Shown piece by piece: positions 1 through 12,800 of a DNA stretch of 64,000 bases. Made by a program: the position numbers and the translations under genes. The notes beneath the pieces are model-generated. The model had not been told where the DNA came from, made no database searches, and was given only the letters and a program-made list of their open reading frames with translations. Within the stretch, counting starts at the first letter, position 1; the number at the start of each line of letters is the position of its first letter. Location of the stretch: the NCBI GenBank assembly GCA_043228905.1, contig JBHGNT010000017.1, positions 11,408,001-11,472,000 of the forward strand, read 5' to 3'. Source of the DNA: Azolla caroliniana (Eukaryota; Plantae; Polypodiophyta).

Positions 1-715
1 CCATAGAGGTGAACATCGAGGAGAGCGAGATGGTCCAGATCTGTCTCGGAGGTTTGGCGTCGAAGTTCGGAACGTTCCGAACGGCTGTGTGTACCCGGGA
101 GAATACGCCGTCCTTTTTCGACTTACAGTCGATGCTCCTAGTAGAGGAGAACCACGCGGGTGCGTCGACGAGCACGCACACCGACAGCAAGATGTTGTAC
201 ACGGAGGGAGAAAGGCCCCGTGATCGTGGCGGACGAGGCGAGTCATTAGGCAATGGAAGCGGCCGACGAGATCAAGGAAGAGGGCACCGAAGTGATGCCG
301 ACTGCAACTCCGGACCCTCCGGAAACAGGGGGAGTCGAAGCGATGAGAACCGGCAAGGGAAGGCCATCGCGGAGTCCTGGTACTATGGCAAGAAAGGCCA
401 CAGGGAAAGTGAGTGTTGGAAGAAGCGTGCCGATTCGGAGAGAACTGGTTCTGGAAATGGCTCCAGACATACCGACAAGGGAAATCGGCAACGATCGCAC
501 TACGCCGAAGACTCCGAGAGAGCCAGAGAAGGGCCTGCCTTCGTGATGAGACACGACGCAAACTAAATGAAACAGAGCACCCCGAGATTGGACGAGGTGT
601 GGTACGTAGACTCCGCCGCGTCAAATCACATGACGAGCCATAAGGAGTGGTTCTCGTACCTTGAAAAACCGATACAACCTGGAGTAGTCGCAACAGGAGA
701 AGACACTCCGCATCC
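1..715 (+). mobile_element. Ty1/copia gag-protease fragment, truncated at ~715
   Basis: ORF 9..566 has a gag C-terminus with a degenerate zinc knuckle (SWYYGKKGHRESEC). After an in-frame stop comes the copia protease motif WYVDSAASNHMT (~598-635). The sequence then switches abruptly to the LTR of the next element. Confidence 0.85.
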
Positions 716-717
716 GA

Positions 718-1008
718 TCTCTTCTTCTTAATTTCATAACCAAAAGAGCCTAACCTTTCTTCTTTTTCATCCCTTCTTTTATAGATGCTCTCATGCATAT
801 GATGCATGTGAGGGTACAAGTCATGCATAAAATGCATGTTCTCCCATTTCGCGCTCATGTATTACATGTGGTGCATGATAACCATGTCACTCATTTTAGC
901 TCCCATGTATGTGAATTTACATGTAAAAGTACAATGATAGAAATATAAATTCAGCTAAATGTCATGGCTTAGTGGTAAGCCTACTGACTCTTAACTAGGA
1001 GGTGCAAG
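718..1008 (-). repeat. Partial 3' LTR of the gypsy element
   Basis: Near-identical to ~7104-7392 (cttcttcttaatttcataaccaaaagagcc ... ggaggtgcaag). Confidence 0.85.
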
Positions 1009-1122
1009 ATCTTCAGGTCTTCTTTCAAGTTGCCTTATCCACGCTGCTAATAACTCTTCTCGGCTCATCTCGTTCTCCCACAGTATCGCTACCCATGAGG
1101 TGATCGTCCTTTCGATGGGCAT

Positions 1123-1643
1123 TGTTGTACGTTTTGGGGTTAGGGTTAATGATAATGATAATTGATAATGAAGATGGACATGGTGTAATAATGGAAATGA
1201 TGAATGGTATGATGGTGGGAGAGAACATGAAGAACAAGACAAGCATTGAGAAGCATTGTGGGGTGGGGGGTGGTGCCTAGAATGGCTCCACCCCCCTCCC
1301 AAGGGGGTTCAACGTTAAGGGGGAGAGAAAGAGAGAAAGATGTCAAAGAGAGAGCGAGAGATAGAGAAATATGGTTATTGTTGTATTCATTCATTCCCCA
1401 TAAGGGGTTAAATAGTACAAGAGGGGGTAGATACATAGGGGTGTAAGCCCCCTCGAGCATTTATACTGGACATTCACTCACACCTCCTCGTATCCATCCA
1501 CATGCACACACGTGTGCATGTGTTCACATACGTATAGATTCACAATTACATTTATGCCCCCTACACATACACAACAACATCATGATAACATTCGACCCTC
1601 GCTCATCACACTTGACTCTCCGTACATCTTGTACGGGGTAACA
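1123..1643. mobile_element. Solo LTR (521 bp) inserted in the gypsy integrase
   Basis: TGTT...AACA termini and a 5-bp TSD GGCAT (1118-1122, 1644-1648). Removing it restores integrase ...GQKPVMP-IERTITSW... Confidence 0.92.
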
Positions 1644-4600
1644 GGCATTACCGGCTTTTGTCCATACATAAGCTCCGTCGGCATATACCCTGTCATCGAG
1701 CTGTGTGACGTTCTATCGGCCCACAAGGCATAGGGTAATAGTCGTGGCCAATTCCCGACTCGACCGTTGCATGCCCGTACGATGGCTTTAACGATAGGTC
1801 CATGCCCTCGCTCGATCTTCCCATTCGCTTCCGGATTGTAGGTAGTCGTGAGGGAGAGCTTCACGCCTACTCGTTTGAAGAGCTATGTCACTTCGTGCGC
1901 ATCCAACTCCCCTCGGTCAGCCACTATCTTCCCCACACATCCGTATCGCCAAACAACCTCTTCAAGTAGAAATTTGCAAACAGCTGAAGTCATCTTATTT
2001 GTCAAGGCTCGTCCTTCCACTTGATTTGTCAAGTCTTCCCTTGCCAACACTAAGTACTTCATTTGTCCCACTCCCATTGGCATCGAGACCAGATCCACCA
2101 TCCATTTGAAGTGTATGGTGAGTGGGTATGTCAGCTATAACTCATCACGATGACGTATATTTGAATATATTTGGCAAGTTTTGCATGTGGACACGAAATG
2201 GAGTACATCTTTGTACATGCTTGGCCACCAGTACTTCTCCTTCAACTTTTCGGACGTCGCCCATGTTCCTCTATGGCATGCCCAAGCACTCTCGTGGAAT
2301 TCGTTCATCAGCGTCTCTTGCCATTCTTTCTTCACCACCACTTGACGTGGTATTCCTGTCCTTCTTTTTGGATGTCGCCAAAGGAATCCTCCCTTCAAGA
2401 AGTATTGGTAAGCTTTCTTTCGGATTCGTAGGGCCTCATCCTTTGTCAACGAAGCATCTGTCGTCAATGTTCTTAGGAATCTACTGATGAGTAACCACTC
2501 TCCTTCGTACTCATTCTCGTTGAAAGCATGGAGGGTTTGCGTGTCCTGGTCCTCCGCCGACAATCGAGCCATCTTGAAGAAGTCGAGGGCGACATCTTCA
2601 TCTTCCGAAACCATGTCACTTCCATTTTCAAATCTTGCCCTCGACAGCATGTCAGCCATGGCGTTCTTCTTCCCTGCAATGTGACGGATCTTTGGGTTGA
2701 AAGACTTGATGTAGGCGATCCACCTTAGCATAGAAAGATCTGGGGTTGCACATCCTGAGACCATTCCGAGAATTGGGAGACAATCTATCTCTATTGTCAC
2801 TTCCGACCCGATCAGGTAATCTTTGTCCGTCTTCACTGCCGACACAATACCCCAAAGTTCCCGCTTGACTTGGGCAAATCTTTGTTGCCGTTCGCTAAGA
2901 ATCTTTGCTCCGAACCAGACGGCATATCGTGCATTATCTTCTCCTTCTTGATTGATGACCCACCCGATTCTAGTTGGGCTCGTATCTACGGTCACGTAAA
3001 TCGGTTCCCTTCGGCATAGTCGGCCTTCCTTAGTGCCTGAGCTTCAAGAAGTAGTTTCTTCAATCTTCGCATCGCATTTGTATGCTCGTCTCGTCATTCG
3101 AACTTCATTCTTTTCTTTATTAGTCCATATAACGGTTCGACAACATGAGCGTAGTGCAGAATCCAGATATGATAAAATGTGCATGCTCCAAGGAACCTTC
3201 TAACCTCCGTTTGGTTTTCGCATTCTTCTTTCATGTCTTGGATTGCATTCGCTTTGTATGGCGAAGGCTTCCGGCCGTATGCCCCACACAAGTGACCTAC
3301 CACCAAAATCTCTGGTTGCCCGAATGCGGATTTTTCTCCCGAAAATGTCAAATTTGCATCTTCGAGCCTTTGAAGCACCTTCTCACAATCTTTCATATGA
3401 TCCGCAACGAACTTTCTACAACCTTCCTTATCTTTCGATTCATCTTTCTCCTCATACAAACATCCTTTTATCGGAATATCATCCAAGAATGGCATCGTGA
3501 TGTCCAGGATGCAATCCTTCAAGACTTTATTCATGACATTCACCATATGAGCCACCGAGTTCGTTGTGCCTTGGGGTAAGGTACACATCCGCACAAGCCC
3601 AATCGGAGTCCTCATGGTTGTAATGTCCCGACTGTCGATCGCCAATTGGAATTGGTCATATCCGGGGTAGAGATCGCCAATGGAGTAGATGGACCGGCCC
3701 GCAAACACTTCGGCAAATTCGTCCACGCTCGGACCGATTCCGGCATTTCGAATTGTCACCTTGTTGACGGGTTGAAGATCTTGGATGAATCGCAATGATC
3801 CATTCTTCTTCGGCATCGTGAACCACCTATTGGAATAAGGGGCATTCGACGGTTCTAGAATTCCCATACTCACCTTCTCCTTTAAGAGCTCGATCAGCTT
3901 CGGAAGGTGTGCTCTCGGAACCGGTATCGGTTTCAAATTCCAAGGCACATGAGGCACTGTGAAGATCACCATCGGCTCTATAACCTTTAGGTCGGCACAT
4001 CCGATTTCTCGTGGAAAGAATGCAAAACCCTTCCCATGTCTTTCAAGCATATCGTGAAACATTCGCTCCTCTTCAGGGAGAAGGAAATCCTTCTTTCCAA
4101 CTCATAGCTTCCCCTTCGTCTCTTTGGTGAAGACATGACCTATCGTCTTCAGATCTCTTAAGCTTGGATCACTAGCGAATTCCTTCATCTTTTACCAGCT
4201 ATCTTCCGGTAGTGGAACCGCAACTAGCTTGATCTTCTTATCCACCATTTTATATTTCGTGTTGATGTCAGCTTCCTTCATCGAGATGCCACAACGGTAT
4301 TCATCGATGATAGCATACATGTTGACAGAGTTAACCGAAATCACGTAATGATCGTGAAGATAGCTCAAGTCCATGACTTCCTCAATTTCGCCGATGGTGT
4401 CATTAAATGAAGCTTTTTCCATAATATGAGTCACGAACTCTCCTTCTATTATGTTTTCTTCTTTCAGCATCTTCTCGAATTCTTGTATTCGACGTTTGTC
4501 CTTCTTGTCGAGTAGTACTAGGCTACATGCGCCACTAGGTGTGACACATGTTGCTTCTCCTCACAATCCACGCACTCTTCTTTCTTGTGGGGTCTTGTGA

Positions 4601-6882
4601 TTGCTCGGACTATTTGTGCCCCATGCTTCAATAGTCCTCTCTAAAAATCCGAGGATTCGCCTTCGAGACTATCTCAATTCCTTTCATGATTGGCTCGCAC
4701 CGTTAGGAATTGGACCGATCTTTGGTTGTCAAGACTCTTTATTCGTGCGAAGGTTGCTCCATTATCGAACACTTTTTTCTCCATCTGAGATGATGTGATA
4801 TACGGTTGTCCTAGGATGACAGGATGCGGCGCCGATTCTTGCACGAAGAAGTGTTGATCCATCTCCACGTCCCCGATCGTGACTTTGACATTGGGACAAG
4901 CTCCGTACAAGTCCTCCGTAGACTTTGTTGCCGCGTGAATCTTCCATCCGTGGTTTGTATTGATTGGTCATCTTCCTCTTTTGTAGAAGTCGGTTGACAT
5001 GAGTTTGATCTCTGAGCCGTGGTCGATCAAGGCTACCACGGTCTCTTTCTTCTCCCCAATCTTCATTGGCGTCTCCGTTGTCGCTCGTGCCCAATGAGGT
5101 CGAGTATAGTGGTTGTCCACCATATCTTCATCTACTTCGTCTCTTGCCATCGTTATGGCATTCGTTTTTGCTTTTTGCGGCTTCTCTTCTTCCTCGTCCG
5201 ATTGTTGTCTTTTTCTTTTTACAAGGTCCTCGATTGTATGATGGAACTCCTTCGTAATGCCAAGCAATTCCCTCAAGGACAAAGTCGCATGGCTATCAAG
5301 AACTCGTTCTTCAAGAATCTTCTTTAGGTTCGTTGTCTGCTCTATGTCCGACCTTAGCTTATAGGTAGGCATAGTCCTTGTCCTCCGAGCGGGGTCTTCG
5401 ACACCAACCTTCACAGGCCGAACTGTTTCTTCAACTCGTATGCTCGCCTCCCCTTCTTGGCTTTATTCTCGTTCCTCCGTTTGTAAAGGTCCACTCGTCT
5501 CCGCATCGTCCTTCTTTTTCGCGTTCCTTGTTTCATGTCTTTTTTATGGGCCTTGCTCTTCTATTCTTCTTCTCTTTTCTTCGACGAACACCTCGTAGTT
5601 GTCGCACATCACCTCCGCGAGTATGGTGTTGTTGTCCACCGGATCCGACCATCCGGTTATACTTTGTACACTTCGATCCGCAAGCTCTACTTCGTTTGAA
5701 GTGACTTTTCCCTTCTTCTCATATTCGAGAACGGAAGTCCAAAACTTTGCTCCCGCTCTAGCAACTTTAGTCTGGTCTTTCCCAACTCTTATTCTGGCCG
5801 ACGCAGCATAGTGCATCGCATCCACATGAGTCGCATCAGCATCCTCCATAGATTTCTTCATTCCCCCTCTTCCGAAATTCACCCGTAGGGGTCTTCGAGT
5901 TTCAGTCAAGCAAATCATGGTGTCCTCTATGTATACAATATTTTGTCGGATCGCCTCTCGAAGGCTCTCGCAATCCCTTCTCATGCGGTCCATGCTATCG
6001 CACCACACGCATCTAAAGGGTTCTTTTCCTTTTGGGCCCCGATGATTCATGTTGGCTAGCGTGACCTTCTCGAACTTCTTCGCTAGCTCTTCGATGATGT
6101 CGTCATCAATCTTCTTTTCTTCCACGTTACTTTGTCTTGGCGGCTTAGCTACTCTCGGCGGTCTTGCTTTCTCCGTGGTAGTCGATCCCTTCAAGTCGGT
6201 GTCATCAACCCATTGGTGACGCTTGTTGAGCCTATTGCATGCCCGCTCCACCGCGATCCAGTCCGCTACGAGCCCATTTGCCTGGGTATCGTCTTTGAGA
6301 AGAGTCCCCAACTCCCGTCTATCCTCCATGTCCACGGCCTTCAAGAAGTACAAAGTCTTGTCCTCTTCAAGCAACACTTGGTCCATGTTGGGGAGATGAC
6401 TAAACATCTGGTTGAATTCGTCGTACACCCTTGAGGCGCTCATCTTCTTATTCTTCTTCTTTATCCACTTCATCAGGGCATGTCGAGTCATCCTCGTTGA
6501 GTCTTCAGTCGCGAACTCCGCTAGTATCGTTTTCTCAAACTCGGACCATGTTGTCTTACCTTCTTGAAGTTCGATGACGCGTCTTTGGACTTTGTTGGCG
6601 ACAACTCTCTTGAAGCTTGCGATTTGAAGTGCTTCGGACACGTCCCTCTGATTCATCTCCCTTCGATATGTGTCAAGGAACTTCGTAACGTTCCTTCCAT
6701 CAAATTGACCCTCGAGCTCTACGACACGGTCAACGGCCTTCTCCACACTCGCATTGTTGTCTGGAGATCTCATCATTTGTTTGACGATTAGCATCATCCT
6801 TTCGAGCTCTCCCGCTTGGTTGCTTGAGGATGTCATCTCCAAGTATTGGTTGATCCTCGATTTGATCCTTCCTGCGGCCTCT

Positions 6883-6900
6883 TTCACGTCGGGTTCACCA
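6883..6900 (-). promoter_or_regulatory. Primer-binding site complementary to the tRNA-Trp 3' end
   Basis: Plus strand ttcacgtcgggttcacca matches the 3' end (with CCA) of plant cytosolic tRNA-Trp as I recall it. It lies between the LTR and gag. Confidence 0.85.
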
Positions 6901-7345
6901 CTTAATTATGTCATGAAGATCCGTCACTACACGCGGATCGTGAGGCGGAACCGCCGAGGTTCTGGACCGGAAGGATTCGACGTTGGCACAAGAGTTAAGA
7001 TAGATTGAAAGAGAGAGAGATTGAGAAAAGATAGAACGCTTGATTTTAGATTGAGAGAGAGATTAAGAACTCTTGACTTTAGATTTCAAAAACAAGTTAC
7101 ACGATTCTTCTTCTTAATTTCATAACCAAAAGAGCCTAACCTTTCTTCTTTTCCATCCCTTCTTTTATAGATGCTCTCATGCATATGCTCTCATGCATGT
7201 GAGGGTACAAGTCATGCATAAAATGCATGTTTGCCGTTTGGCGCTCATGTATTACATATGGTGCATGATAACCATGTCACTCATTTTAGCTCCCATGTAT
7301 GTGAATTTACATGTAACAATGATAGAAATATGAATTCAACTAAAT

Positions 7346-7416
7346 GTCATGGTTTAGTGGTAAGCCTACTGACTCTTAACTGGGAGGTGCAAGGTTCGAA
7401 TCTTTACTTGCCCTCC
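7346..7416 (+). other. tRNA-derived (Pol III A/B box) module inside the LTR; partial second copy at 961-1008
   Basis: A box tggtttagtgg (7350-7360; tggcttagtgg in the other copy), Lys(CTT)-like loop ctcttaa (7373-7379), B box ggttcgaatc (7393-7402), then (TA)n. There is no good acceptor stem, so it is not a functional tRNA. Confidence 0.7.
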
Positions 7417-8279
7417 TTGTATATATATATATATATGTGATATATATTTATTTATTAATTTGGTCAACGGATGTCGTTGCCGCTGGATATCGGATGCTGG
7501 TTTCCATCGGTTGCCGGATGTCGCCTCGCTGGAATACCGGCTCCGCCGCCGCCTTGTCGGCCCATCGGATGCCGATATCGCTGGATCACCGGCTCCGTCG
7601 GATGTCGATCGCCGATTACCGTCCAGTTCCGTTTTGGTTGGCCAAAACCTTTACGAGTGGCTAGGCCACCTCCACTCTTAGTTCAAGTTACCTTGAACTC
7701 TCTATGATCCACACATAGACATAAAGATAATAACTTTTGCTCTACCTTATATATGGTGAGATCCTTATTTGTCCTGTCTATGTGGGATATCTCACAATTT
7801 TCTCTTTTTCTTTCACAACTTCTTACCCATATAAGTTGACACTTAAATGTTCGTTTCTTATGTAGTAAAGTGCATCTCCTCAAGATCTTCGTCTTTTGTA
7901 CTAAGATATTAAACTTACTTAGAATTAGTATATTCACTATTATTGTTTTATATGATTGACACTTGATTTCGTACGTCTTATGTGATTTTCACACCATTGC
8001 CGAAAATCTTCACGACAACGTAAAGTGTTCCTTTTTGAAGATCTTCTAGTAAAGGAATCTTGTGGGCCAGAAGCATTTAAAAAAGATCTAGAAAGCTCAC
8101 AAAACCTTATTGTTACCTTGAGGCCTTATATACAAGGCCATGTAACTCTAAGGGAGCCATTGCCCTCCCCACTAAAGGCCCCAAAAAGGGCATCTAAAGT
8201 ATAATCAAGGCCAGCAAAAAATAAGACGAATAAAATGTCGGACTCCGACTCATCAAGCTCAAACGAAGGGGACGCCATG

Positions 8280-9044
8280 AGCTGAGCTTGCATCAGGTGT
8301 GTTGTCATCCGAGCAGAATAAGATACAGAGAGAGTTAATGCAACGTAAACTAGTAAGGAAGGGGTAAGTGTTTTATTTGCCTATAACACACATCCATCGG
8401 CCCCCTTTTGATGAAAAAACAGGATGAAGACCACTTGAGATTAGAGAGCCAAACTGAATGCATGTTCAAAATCTCAAGAAAAAAATCAAAATTAATCCAC
8501 ATGCTACCGTTGTGCCTTTTATTGTTATGGTGGCTCCTAAAGAATGTGAAACCATTGAAGATTTCGATATAAGAAAGCATGATCGATGTAATTACTTTGT
8601 CATTGGTGGATCGCATTCAGCAGAGGCACGTTGGTAACTTGTCAGAGAACATCCAACGACTTTCTTCTTCAAGTATGCCGAGTGCAAAATTGAAGAGGCA
8701 AAGCTGTTGGCATGGGACCACAATAATGATAATGACTATACGCAAAAAATGTCATCGATTGAGCGTATAAGGTTCTTCCACCACGAGTATTTGGACGTCA
8801 AACAAAAGTTTGGTGTGAAGCTACATCCAGGCCTACGACGTCAATGCTTGCATGAAGTCGGCATTGTGGTAGATGATAATGTTAAGTCCGATGGTCTTCG
8901 AAAATATGAGTCTTAGTTTCAACTAGCCTTTAGAGATGGAGAAGTATGGGACCTACAAGATAAAATCTTCTCAATGTAGGAGAATAAGGAAGTCAAGGGT
9001 CAATGAGAAAAGAAATATAAGGTAGACCCTCAACTAGAATTAAA
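8280..9044 (+). pseudogene. ParB/sulfiredoxin-like N-terminal domain of the fusion gene
   Basis: Reads FYLPITHIHRPP...IREPN*MHVQNLKKKIKINP...VPFIVMV...YFVIGGSHSAEA...AECKI.EEAKLLAWDHN. This follows the ParB-N pattern (i..i.p / L..sI / P+iV / Y.iidG.HR..A / ea..la..eN). Assigned by motif recognition only. Confidence 0.7.
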
Positions 9045-9512
9045 TGTCTAGAACTGTACGCTCCTTATACGCAACGCTCGGCCACAACCGAGCTTAGAAT
9101 CATACACAGAGAACGGGAAATAAAGAACGACACAATGGAAGAGAAAAGTACGCAGGATGTTTAACGTGGAAAACCCCAAACTAGGGAAAAACCACGGCAG
9201 CCCACAGGCTGCAAACTATCACTAGGTTAGTATGTACAGCAGTGAGTTCACGGAGGCAACGACCTCGTGCTCACGATCTTCGCCACAGGCGGCGGTTACA
9301 ACAGAGGCAACGATCTCTTTCTCTCTCTCTCTCTCTGTACACTGTTACGCGCTTTGATCTCACCCAGACAAGAAATAATAACAACAGTAACAAAAAAAAG
9401 TTTGCCCTAAGTCATATTTATACTAATATGACTTTTCGGCTATTTACAAATATAGCCTCGATGGACTCTCAGAAACATATTTACGAATATGTCTCTTCAT
9501 CCGGTGAGCATT

Positions 9513-9890
9513 CCTCACCGGGTCTGCACCATCCAGCTCTCCGTAGCCGAGTACTCCTCATCCGGTTCTCATCGGGTCTGCACCATCCGGCTCTCCGTAG
9601 ACGGGTACTCCTCATCCGGTCTTCACCGGGTCTGCACCATCCAGCTCTCCATAGCCGGGTACTCCTCATCCAGTTCTCACCAGGTCTGCACCATCCGGCT
9701 CTCTGTAGCCGGGTACTCCTCATCCGGTCCTCACCGGGTCTGCACCATCCGGCTCTCCGTAGCCCGGTACTCCTCATCCGGTCTTCACCGGGTCTGCATC
9801 ATCCGGCTCTCCGTAGCCGAGTACTCCTCATCCGGTCTTCACAGGGTCTGCATCATCCGGCTCTCCGTAGCCGGGTACTCCTCATACGGT
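9513..9890. repeat. 54-bp tandem array (7 units) in LTR
   Basis: Unit ctcaccgggtctgcaccatccggctctccgtagccgggtactcctcatccggtc; appears as an 18-aa periodicity in the ORF track. Confidence 0.95.
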
Positions 9891-12800
9891 TTCGGCCTCG
9901 GCCTATCGGCCTTGGCCGAGTTTGTTCATCAGCACTGTTCTTCTCCCTTCCCATCCGGAGGGACCTGTCTCCCAACAAACTCCCCCTTCACTCCGGCATG
10001 GGGTGTCTTACTAGTCTGATCCTCTCCCGGCATGCATCCAGCTTGTCGGGTATCAGCACTTTGGTCAGCATATCTGACCTATTCTCGGCCGTGTGGATCT
10101 TCGTCAGTGCGAACTCCTAGTCCTCTACTCTTTCCCGGATACAGTGATATCTTCGTTGGATATGCTTCGTCCGGGAATGGTAGGCCGCATTCTTAGCAAG
10201 ATGGATGGCACTTTGACTGTCACAATAGAGTCAGTATTCATCTTGCCGGATACCGAGCTCTCCGATGAAGTCCTTCATCCATAATATTTCTTTGCCAGCT
10301 TCCACAACTGCCATGTACTCCGCCTCCATGGTTGACAATGCAACCGTCTTCTGCAGCCTCGACTGCCGCGAAACAGCTCCCCCTGCATATGTCATTACAT
10401 ACCCGGATGTAGACCTGCTAGTATCCACATCAGCCGACATGTCTGAATCGGTGAAACCGTCAAGTTGAGATTTTCCTGAGCCGAATCGGAGACACATATT
10501 TGAAGTGCCCTTCAAATACCGGAGTATCCATTTGACCGCGTTCCAGTGCTCCTTGCCGGGATTGCTCATAAACCAGCTCACCACTCCAACTGTGTATCCA
10601 ATGTCCGGTCGGGTACAAACCATTGCGTACATCAAGCTCCCGATGGCAGAGGCATATGGAATCTTCATCATATCCTCCTTCTCTACTTTTGTCTTCGGGC
10701 TTTGCTTACCGGATAGCTTGCAGTTTGCCGGAAGTGTCGATCCGACCGGTTTCGCATCTGACATGTTGAACCGGTGAAGCACCTTTGTCACGTATTTCTC
10801 CTGTGACAGCCATAATTGCTTCGCTGACCGGTCCCGAATGATGTGCATCCCCAGCATCTGTCTTGCCGGACCCAAGTCTTTCATTGAGAAGGTCCGGTTG
10901 AGAGCCTTCTTCAGCATCCGTATTTTTACTTGGTCCCGTCCGATGATCAACATGTTGTCCACGTACAGAAGGAGTATCAGGAAGTCGCCTCCTTCAAACT
11001 TCTTCACAAACACGCAGTGATCGGCCTGCGTCTTGTGGTACCCTTGATCGGTCATGAAGGAGTCGAACTTCCGGTACCATTGTTGGGGGGCCTCCTTTAA
11101 CCCGTAGAGGCTCTTCTTCAACCGGCAAACCAGGTGCTCCTTCCCATTCTCCACAAATCCTTCCGGTTGCTGCATATAGATCTCTTCTTCGAGATCACCG
11201 TGCAGGAATGTCGTCTTCACGTCTAGCTTCTCTACCTCGAGGTCCATGCTTGCCACTATACTCAGCATCGTCTGGATGGAGGTCATCTTTACTACCAGGG
11301 CAAATATCTCGTCGAAGTCCACGCCCTTCTTCTGCTAGAACCCCTTCACCACGATCCTGGCTTTGTATCTTGGGGGGTTGCCGGCATCTCCCGGTTTCAA
11401 CTTGTACACCCACTTGTTTCGGAGTGCCCGCTTTCCTTTCGGCAACTCCACCAATTCGTACGTATGGTTCTCATGCAGGGAATCCATCTCATCCTGCATG
11501 GCACTTAACCATTTTCGGCTGTGGGTGTCTTCCTTCGCTTCTTCGAAGCTTTCCGGCTACCCCTCATTGGTCAGCAGAACATGATCTGCATCCGGAAATC
11601 TCCGGGGGGGCCTTCTCTCTCTGAGAGAATATCTCCGTCTCTAGGCTTCGGTGACCGGCTCATCCATCTGCTCTTCATCCAAATCCGATTCGGGGTCTTG
11701 GCCGGTTCCGGTTTCAGCTTCCTCTACTTCTTCTTCAGCCTGTTCGGTATCCTCACCGTAACCAGCTGGTACCTCGAGTGCTAACCTATCTCTTGCCGGT
11801 TGGGTCTGCTCATCGTAGAGTCGATCCTTACCGGTCGACTCGGAGTTCATTATCTTCTTCTCCGACTCCCAGTCGGCGAGCGTTTTGTTCTCCATGAAGA
11901 TAATATCTCGACTCCGGAATACCTTCTTGTCGACCATGTCCCACACTCAGTAGCTGAACTCATCGTCATTGTAACCAAGGAATATGCATGGCTGGGTCTT
12001 TGGATCTAACTTTCCTCTCCGGTCCTTAGCTACATGCATGTACGCGAGACACCCGAACACCTTCAGATGCCGGTAGGATACTTCCTTACCGGTCCACACT
12101 CTCTGTGGCATGTCTCCGTCCAAGGGTACTGAGGGTGATCTATTTATCACATATGTCGCCATCGACAGTGCCTCAGCCCAAAACTTCTTGGGTAGTTTTG
12201 CATGCGCTAGCATACTCCGGACCCTCTCCATTATGGTCCGGTTCATCCTCTCGGCCAGTCCGTTTAGTTCCGGCATCTTCGGCACGGTAAATTCGAGCCG
12301 GATTCCCTTTGAGCGGCAGTACTCCTCGAACTGCCCCCGGTATTCTCCTCCGTTATCTGCTCGAACCGCCTTCAGCTTCCGGCCGGTTTCTCTTTCCACT
12401 CTCGCGTGGAGCTCTTTGAAGACGAATAACACCTGATCCTTCGTCTTCAATGGTGTGGCCCACAGCTTCCGGCTGTGGTCATCTATGAACGTCACGAAGT
12501 ACTGCGCTCCGGCATGTGACTTCGTGTCTACTTGACACACATCCGTATGCAACAACTCCAGTGCTGCATTACGTCTCATCGGTGGCCTTGGTCGGAAGGA
12601 GGTCCGGTTCTGCTTACCGACCAGACAATCAGTGCACTTCTCTAAGTGCACGTTCTTCACTGGAATGAGGTTGTTGTCTGCAAGCCTCTTCATCCCCTTC
12701 TCGCTCATATGACACAACCTCTTGTGCCACAGCTCACCGGTAGTGTCAGATGTCACGTTCACTTCTTCCGGGCATAACCGGGCATAACCGAGCATTTCCG

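Larger units (their letters stand above)
718..7655 (-). mobile_element. Degenerate Ty3/gypsy LTR retrotransposon (gag-PR-RT-RH-IN) with tRNA-Trp PBS; integrase C-terminus and part of the 3' LTR deleted
   Basis: gag 5544..6887; protease LIDHGSE 4968..5414; RT 3094..4062 (LPQG, FLDD); RNase H and integrase zinc finger 2135..2995; integrase core 1883..2101 and 1580..1864, continuing at 1122-1009. 5' LTR starts ~6909; its right boundary (~7655) is uncertain. 718-1008 is a direct repeat of ~7104-7392. Confidence 0.9.

Noticed and set aside
1133-1148. Telomeric repeat
   Set aside because: Only one or two degenerate units inside a solo LTR (likewise the aaaccctaa motifs in the intronic copia LTRs); not an array.
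7346-7416. Functional tRNA-Lys gene
   Set aside because: The acceptor and anticodon stems do not pair properly, and the sequence is embedded in an LTR.
9242-10120. 292-aa repeat protein (PGLHHPALRSRVLLIR)n and similar ORFs at 14231-14909 and 30610-31044
   Set aside because: Artefacts of a stop-free 54-bp LTR minisatellite that is open in several frames. Only the last ~60 codons of 14307..14909 are real (part of the MTase fusion gene).
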